Below are positions 51,988-60,900 of a stretch of 64,000 nt of DNA, piece by piece. The stretch comes from Botryllus schlosseri. Lineage: Eukaryota. A program made the translations under genes and the position numbers. The stretch is from NCBI GenBank assembly GCA_051294905.1, contig CM119379.1, forward strand, positions 24,118,001 through 24,182,000, in the 5' to 3' direction. Below the pieces are notes generated by a model that was not told where the DNA came from, did no database searches, and was given only the letters and a program-made list of their open reading frames with translations. Positions within the stretch are counted from its first letter, which is position 1. Each line of letters begins with the position of its first letter.

Positions 51988-54900
51988 ATCACGAGTCGGT
52001 GAACGTCAAGGACAGAAATATGCAACGTCCTATACCTATTCATATTGAAATAACTCCGGAAATATTTAATTGTTTACTGAAGTTTTGCACCTCCATGCGC
52101 CTCCTAAAATATTTTTCATATATCATCGCATCAACGATATCGCCCACCTGAATTGACTGTGACGTTAACTATAACATTCGGAAACGTATCTATTACGTGA
52201 TACGGATGTTTCAAATTTTCACATTTTGCATCATTAATACTAACGTTATAGCTTATAGCCATCAGCGTAATAAAAACTGGCATATCTAATACCTTAAGAA
52301 AACGTTGACGATCAATATTCAATTTGATGTTGAGTTACAATCGGAATCGTCATTATCTATCACCATTAATATTATCCTCATGTGAAATTGATGAGTACTG
52401 CTTGTACTGTGTAGTCATCACATAGCAATACGCATTATCCAGCCATATCCTATCATATGTCAAAATGTTGAACAAGTCGCAGTTGCGCGCAAACTTCCAA
52501 TTTCAGATAAATGGCTCTCGAGATTAGATTGTTTTGTAATGATATGAGAGTTACCCTAAACATCGTACACACTGCTAGGCTATACAAGTCGAACACCATA
52601 TTCAATTATAACCTTGTTCAAATAATTTATACGGTATCCGGTTACATCGCGGTAATAAACCACGAGTCGCGATTTCGTTTGAATAAATCAGGTTACAAAC
52701 CGCCGTTTCCATACTGACGTATCCTGTATCTCGTGGGGATACTGACCACAGCGGCTTCCCGCTTTGTCATACACGTTCAAACGATAAATCCGTCACCAGT
52801 ATGAAAATTCATGGTTGCGACTAGAGAAGAACACATGTCGCGGATTACATGAACATAGAAGCAGCTTCCTTTCAGGTAAGGATGTCCGTTTTGATTTGTG
52901 GGAAATACAGCACGCCTTGATACCCTCTACCGATATGTCATATATATATTCTTTGAGATTACTCATCACTAGGGCTCGGCGAAATCGAGTTTTTCAGTGG
53001 TTCGATTCTGAATCTAGTATCACTTATTGTGACGACAGAAGAGTATATGGATGACGTGGAAAGTCTAAATATGTACCTTTTCCAAGTCCACAAAGCAAAT
53101 AATGCCAGTCATAGAACAGTAACAACACAAGGAGAATTTGGTATTATTCCGAACATACCTACTTCATTAAACTCTGTGACAATGCTGTGGGTTGATCACA
53201 GTTTCACAGAAAATGACATTTACGCTAAGGTGCGTACTGCATAGCTTAGTATTATATTATATATACATAATTCCAGTATACTCGAAAATAGTCTCTGACT
53301 GCTGGTGTCCGGTCAATGCCGAGAAACCATTACCGAGAATGCCATCGCCGAGAATGAACACTACCGAGAATGGACATTACCGAAAATGGACATTATCGAG
53401 AATGGACACCACCGAGAATGGACATTACCGAGAATAAAATGTATGCAACGCAGGCATGTTATGCATATGTACAGGTCGTGTGTATGTGCATGTGCATCAC
53501 GGCGTTGTCACATTCGGTGTCGATTCTCGGGTATAAATTTGCGACAACGTCCGTCTCAGTAAGTTAGATTCTCGGCATTGACCATTCTCGGTGGTGTCCA
53601 TTCTTGGTGGTGTCCATTTTCGGTAATGTTCATTCTCTGTAATGGCATTCTCGGTAATGTCCATTCTCGGTAATGGTTACCTCGGTATTGGTATAAAAAT
53701 CTCACGGCTCGACTTGGATTCGAGTATACCAGATTCATTGTGCCCAGTGCTACTCGTCACCTTGAAATTCACTCATATATGAGTGAGTTATAATCATAAT
53801 ACCGAACCGATGTGATCTAATCTAAGTAATTGTTATTTCTGTTTGATGATGGTCAATATTTAGTCGACTACATACTGTCTGTCTCTGTTGTGTTATTCAA
53901 CTGATTTTCAGAAGAGTGCAGAGGACTGAATTTCTCATGAATGTTAGAACAAACGCTTGGAGGCACAGAACTTCAATATACCATTGAATATATTATTCAA
54001 TCGTGCACGTTAGTAATCAGTCACATGAAATGGAAATGTATGCAATACATATATAATCAGCGGTAACCGAATCTCACCCTTAAAAGTAGCGGGTACTTGC
54101 ATATTCTTTGAATTGGCGTGAGCAGAAATCCCTCCATTGAAACATCGTTCACATAATTTCCTAACATGAGACATCCCTGGAAAAATCACGCGACCGTAGT
54201 GGGTATAGTGAAATGGTATGAACAAAAACTTTCATCGAGTCTTAAAATAGGTCAGGAAATGACGCCGTCCAGTACTTTTATAGTGAGGTCATAATGTTCA
54301 AATATACAGGAGGAATTTTAAATCGACAGAGAAATACGACACTAACCACATCTTACACGACGGCTATATACGCAATGGAACCAGCTGTTTTCATGCATTG
54401 CAATAATACTTACTTGAACCATATAATACTTGGAATAATATACTTACCAAAATAAAACCTTGAAATTCTTGATTTTCCGTGAGCTCGTTCAACTTTTTCT
54501 GGGCCCTTTCGTGATTCGTACAGTATGGGGCGTATACTTCAAACCTTTCTTTCTGTGAAGCGTTTTTAGTGTGACGTCAATGATGTCAGTAATATGAGAA
54601 TGGGGCAATCAACAATACACAGTTTTGTACAGATAGGCGAGTATCTCCTACGAAACAAGCATGAGCAATCCGAACATCAACTGCGATCAATTCGCCGACA
54701 TGTAACAATTTCATATTAATTAGGGCATCCGCTCATTCACAACTCATCAACGCGTTATGTGCTAGTACATCGTAATAGTTTTCGCTGACAAATACGCCCA
54801 TATTTAGAGCAGGCTGGCAAGAGTCTTTGTCAGCAGCAGTGCACAATTACAGTTCTCAAAATGCTACGTGACATACACAAGATCGATACTACTTTGCCCG

Positions 54901-57900
54901 AACGATCTAAATAGCTTCACACGAGTACAAAGAAGCGCAGAATTATCACTGCATTAGCATTATGTTTTATGATTGGATCAGTAGCCAGATATATGTATGC
55001 TGCAAAACCTATAACTTACATCCTACAAAGTGTGTTCATACAGTTAAAATAGGTGCTGTTTTGAACAGATGAACATACTATTAAACGCATGTATGAATGA
55101 ATGAAACACTCTTTACTGTAACTTACTGAAACACACATATGCAATGTCCAATCACGGATTGAAAGAGAATAGAATTGTTACTACGTCATTATCACGTCAC
55201 AATATTACAAACGTTGATCTGAAGGATACACCACCCCGTTCACCGGAAGTGTGTCACAATACATGCCTCTCACGAAAATATAAGAGAATTGGTCACTCGG
55301 GTCAATGATGCCATTCGACGATCATAACACGATGTTGTTATATAAAGATGTATGATCATGATCATCTTTTGTACAATATTATCTTTTTGCGCTCCCTCCA
55401 GAATGAAAGCGAATGTTGGATGCCACGCATGAGGGAAATTGCATTTGCATCAAGGATGATATACGTACGTATTCGCTGAAGCATTTTCCGAGGCAATGCT
55501 CATACTGCGGTTCCGGTTTTAGTGCGTTTTCCATGGCCCCAAAGAGCTCGTCATGAAACTGTAAAAAACAGTATAATTATCTAGCTATATACATCAGGGA
55601 TGAACATAGATTATAATTTCGATTTGGACTTGGATTAGGACATGCTTCGAAATTGTCATCGTACATGTAGTGTACAATTGTACATAGACTTAAATAGAGT
55701 TTGAAGTATGGAGCAGAATCTGGATTTGAAAATTTTAGACACGTTTAGCTCCGATAGATATCCAGCGAAGGTAATGTATAAATATTCACATGGGATTCGG
55801 AGACGTTCTGAATTTCATGTAGATACATAGTTATATACACTATATGACTATAACATAGTCATTTGACTCTAATAAAGTTTGACCTATACTGATGATTTGC
55901 GTCTAGTTTTTGGGTCGCGTTGGCGATGTTGTTATCAGTACTGTTCAGTGCTTTACGTTAATTGGAGAAGTCAAGATATCTGGATTCTGTCTCAAATTGC
56001 ACGAACTTCGCAGCGGTACGTAGCAGAATGCTATGCAAAGCTAAACGGTCCAAATTATATAACACGTCCAGATTGTCCACATCAGTGATTCACAATGCCT
56101 TTGAAACCAGATGGCATAAGACGATACGGTATAATTCGTGGCCTGCGTTATCTTCTGCATTGTTTAGCACAGTGGTTCTTAACCTTTTTTCCTCCAGCGC
56201 CCCCTTTCAAAAATTATCGTGCTCCAGCGCCCCCACCTCATATTGTAAGGACTGCAATAAAGACAATGGGTGAGAGGGAGGGCCGTAACAGCACTTCGTC
56301 AGCCCCCCTAAAAACGATTGTCTTGGTCACCCATAGCGTGATGAACCAGACTCATGAGGGCTTCGCCCCCCAAGAACCCCGTTGCGTGATTTCGATGGTC
56401 AGCAAAGTTTATGTGGTCTGGTCGCCCTAGGAGCCAAAATTTTCTATAATGCATGAATGAAATAGGTTGTAGTTGCATATATATGTCGCTATAAACTTTT
56501 TATCCTCTCAGCCCACGTAATTAGATTTACCAGTAGCACTGAATGCACGGTTGTATTGGAAAATGAAGGCCACGTAATTAATAATTGAAAATATTCGGGC
56601 TTCCCGTTGCTACAATTAGTTTGTTACATGTTATTTTGTTACCTTTTGTCCGCTATATAGTCAAAAGATATTGAAACGCATAAACGTATTAAACTAAAGT
56701 AAGCACACGATTCAAAATTGGTATTTTTTCACTGGCAAATAATTTTATCTGATGGATGTTATTTGTCCTATGGGGTGCAGATTGCGACGACATGATAATT
56801 CGGCACGAGGGATTTAAGCACCTATGGAAAATTAGACTTATATACATTGACGTTTACGCTCAACATAAGGGCAATCCTCTCCGGCTAAGGTTTTCTCGCT
56901 GGCGATTTTTTTGACACACTTCTCGGAGTCCCATACTCACCGGAACTTCATATGTCTTCGTGCATCGTGGCGTGGTAATGGCCGACGCCGAAATGCCTAT
57001 TTCTATTTTCTATAATTATGTGTATTCTTCCGTGGGGGAGTCGTCAAAACATGATGTTTAATTTATGTTCATTCACCGAAATGATTTATGGCACCCTTCG
57101 AGCTAACCGATTGGGGGTTGGGGTTGCAGCAGTGTCGGTCTTGGTAAGAGGTCAAAGCTCAGTCAGTCTTTTTGGGACTTTGGTATAGGAAATATTTCGC
57201 GCTGTAATCGCGCTCGAGGACCATTAGACTATAATAAACCATATAATAATTGTGTGTGGTATATTCAGGGTCAAATCAAGGTTGTTATAACAACAATCGG
57301 GTACGGTCTCATACCCTGTGGTTGGAACCGTCCCGAATTCACATCGGCGACTGGAAATATGGGAAAATTAATGGTATTGGATTTTGTCTTAGTGCTTTGC
57401 GTAACTATAACTAAGTCAACTGAGAATGGGATGCATATATCTGCTCACATTGAATTTAGTACCGTACGGAGCTAACGAGCTTTCTCGCTAAACTCTTGGC
57501 CCACGGAAATGATATAGTTGGATCAGCTGAAGTGGTGTGCGTGTCGAGGTATGACATAAGCCATCAAATAACAGAGTGATCACATCCCGGACTGCTTTAT
57601 ATATCAGAAGGCAGTACCTGCCCACATCGGTGGGCGTAACCAATAACCAACCAGTACTCATGCCTTTCGACCATATATTTAAGTGTTGATCATTTCAGAT
57701 AAAAGATTGTGACGTAATGTTATCTTACAATGTATTTTACTGTCAACGAAAAATCCGAGTTCATCAAAATTATAATCTACGGCAAATTGGACATACTGGT
57801 TGTGAGTAAATTTTGGCAACAATAATATGTCCAGCTTTTGCAACTTCGATTAGAATTAAAATTATAGCTACACAGTTTTTTTCCAAATTAAACTAGAATT

Positions 57901-60900
57901 AGAATTATAACTATACAGTGTTGTTCCAAATTGGATTAGAATAACGGAATTACTGAATTCGCGAAAACTTGGACATTGAATGAAGTTCAGTTTTAGTCAG
58001 CTTGACTTGTTTCGCACTACACAGTTCTGCTGTAGCATTCTCAGGAAAACAGGAAATTAGATTAGAATTAAAATTGAACCATACAAATATTTCACAAATT
58101 ACAATAGAATTAGATTATCGGCTTTTCGCTCTTCAAGCAACTAGAATTATCCAGTGGTCAAGTCCGGTATCCTAGGCATATGATGCACTGTTATGTTGAA
58201 ATTTAGATGAAGTACAATATATTCATTCAAACGAATCCATATTCTTATAGCTATGCATCGTCGTGAACGAGCCAGTCGTCTACATAGAGGAAATTATGAA
58301 AGTTTATTAATTACTCTCGCGGTGTGGTGTTCCGTGGTATTGAATTTACTGAAGAGGTTGAGACTATTTAAGACTATACCCATTACTCAATCCGTGTGGT
58401 AATACAAGGAAGTTCTTGGCACCCGCGACTCACGCTATGACTAATACAAGGTTTTGCTTTGCTCCATTGTGTCAATGAATCTATATAATCGTCTGTTTTC
58501 GTTAGGCATTTCTATCTAAAAGAAGTCACTCCAATACCAAGAGTGTACCTGTCCGGCTCAACACACGATGGGCTGCTGAGATGGGCTGCTCAGAATCTGC
58601 TGTAGCACCTGTGGTATTCTAATGTTGAATGGCCAGAGATACCCCGTCGGCTGTGTAATTTATGAAACAACCATATCAATCAATCTGTTATCAGGGATGA
58701 ATGTGGTTTACTCTTTACGCTCCTAGAGTGATCCGTTGGTGATAGAGCTTAATTGAGATCTGGCAGTCCACCGGGACACATTACAGACATGTTATGGCAA
58801 CTTCTGCACATATTATTCACATTCCCATCCGAAACTAAAGCTCTGAAACTACACGTAAGAGAAAGCATACGAAACTTGTCTACAGGAATCGCAACCGTTT
58901 GCAGGTTGGACAGGCAATACACGAACCATATGTTAACATGGCCTCACAAAGATATGGGACGAACTTGGTCAGTGAAAGTACGGGAAGAAAAAACGATACG
59001 AAGGAAGATATATTGGGTAAAAAAGGGTAAAATTGATATTAAATTAGTATGCCAACACGTCGATAGGTAGCCTACTTTAAGTGTATACTATCGATACTAT
59101 CAACTATTTTCTGATTCAAGGAGTGCAAGTAATACCTCATAGAACGCTCGACCGGCGACAAAAGACCTGCTATAATGATGACATAGTATCGACAACGTTG
59201 GTTATTATCGAATATATTTTTATTGAATAGTATATTAATATTGAAAAATACGAATATTTTCACCTGACACTCGTCGTCGGGAGTACTCGTCGGCAACTAG
59301 TAGAGAATTGGAAAGTACATCGTATATTTACAATGGTATGACCTAATATATGAGGTGGCATGAAATTTCGAATAATCGGGGCGAAGACACACCGACAACA
59401 CGCCTGTGATCTCTTCGCCCCAATTATTCAAGATTTCATGCCGGTGACTACATATTTGGAGATGCGATTGTTGATACACAATGTCCTTACCAATTCTCTA
59501 CTATAGTTGCTGACGATTACCCCCGACGAGTGTCAACCGAAAATATTCGGGTTTATTTCAATACAATATACCATTCAATCGTATATTGGAGTTCTGTACC
59601 TCAAAGAAGCTCTTGAAGATTAAACTATCAAAACTCCAGCATCGACCGAACAAAATGAAGTGTTGGGATCTTGCTGTTTGTGAGGCATGAAATCCTATCG
59701 TGATATGGAAATTCCTAGTATGATGCCATAGTAAGAGAATAATGATTTACACTTATCAGTGAATATCCCAATTAACGACTGGAAATTGTCCTAAATATCC
59801 GCTGCGCCCCAACAAATACAAGAACAGCCATCCGTACAAGTGACGCTTCAAGGGCGCAGATGTAATCATCTTGTATTATATTGATACTTGAGTAGGAAAG
59901 CAAGTACGATGTCATAAATCGATTGTCACTTACCGCTTTTAATTCCGAGACGTTGGATAGAAGAATATCGACGGATCCTTTGGGAATAAGCTTATCGTTA
60001 TCATCTTTTTCCCGGCTCTGAAGTCTTTCCATAAAAACCTAAAAGTAACGTGCATTTCACAGGCAGGAAACAAAGGGTTTGATTTAAAGTACATGTGTCA
60101 CTGTCGCTACTAATCAAGATGCATTGTATTGGCTTTGCTTGAAGAATATTTTAATTGTGCAATGCGTATATCACGTTGACCTGGTGATGACAGAATGAAC
60201 ATATAGTTCATAATTTGTTGTTTCAGTTAGTCATTGGGGTTACAATTGTAACAGATGCAGTCAGTGATTAAAACGCCAGCTAGCCTCGTACGTTTTAAAA
60301 CTTATTCCAAGGGTGGGTCGTCGCCGGGTCAACGTGCGGGGTGTAGAAGATTTCATTGATAGAATTACTCATATTTATAATGCAACGGTGTCGAGAAGGC
60401 ACTACTTGTGACATGTTCGTGATTACAGCATCTTTGTACTTACATACGCGTAAAATAAACACGTATTACTATTTTACTGAATGAACTGCTACTGATCGAA
60501 TAATGTTACCGACCACGTACGTCAGCGGCGCCGGAAGTTGACGTGATCTCCCTAAAAGTAGCTGATCGATATGTTGCTGTACCGCATAAGTGCTGTCAAC
60601 ATTCACTATACGCTTGACGTGTAATGATGCTGGTTAAGATTGGTAACGCGGGGTATAATACACAAATTAATTACAGGTGAGAGTAATTAGTCGCAATCCG
60701 CAGCTCAAGTAGGCATATAAGCTGAATTGAGGTAGCGCAAAAGTTCGCAATGATACAATGCGGTCGATTCGCAACTATGGCACCGAATGATGCCAATGCC
60801 ACGGGATTCTATACGAAGAATCATCACCTTGTCAGTACCATACAGCTTATTAGCATTACAATGGACGAGGCATTGTATAAGTGTGTAATATCCTAAACGG

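Larger units (their letters stand above)
25190..58165. repeat. Dispersed ~350-450 bp AATTCTAATCTAATTT-rich MITE family in P-Rex introns (~13 copies or relics)
   Basis: Copies at ~25190-25350, 26130-26500, 27440-27560, 29275-29680, 31140-31260, 32660-32800, 33300-33340, 36870-37314, 40706-40865, 49619-49971, 51080-51390 and 57830-58165 (also 18530-18612). Ends are AGACTTG..CAACTAGATAATT and ..CAAGTCTG. The 49619 copy has flanks CTATACAG / CTATTCAG. Confidence 0.8.

Noticed and set aside
53310-53690. CRISPR-like array
   Set aside because: Units are contiguous 16-mers without unique spacers, there are no cas genes, and the context is eukaryotic
25190-58165. Strand bias of the CTAATT-rich MITE family
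   Set aside because: My count is about 8 versus 5 orientations, too weak to claim
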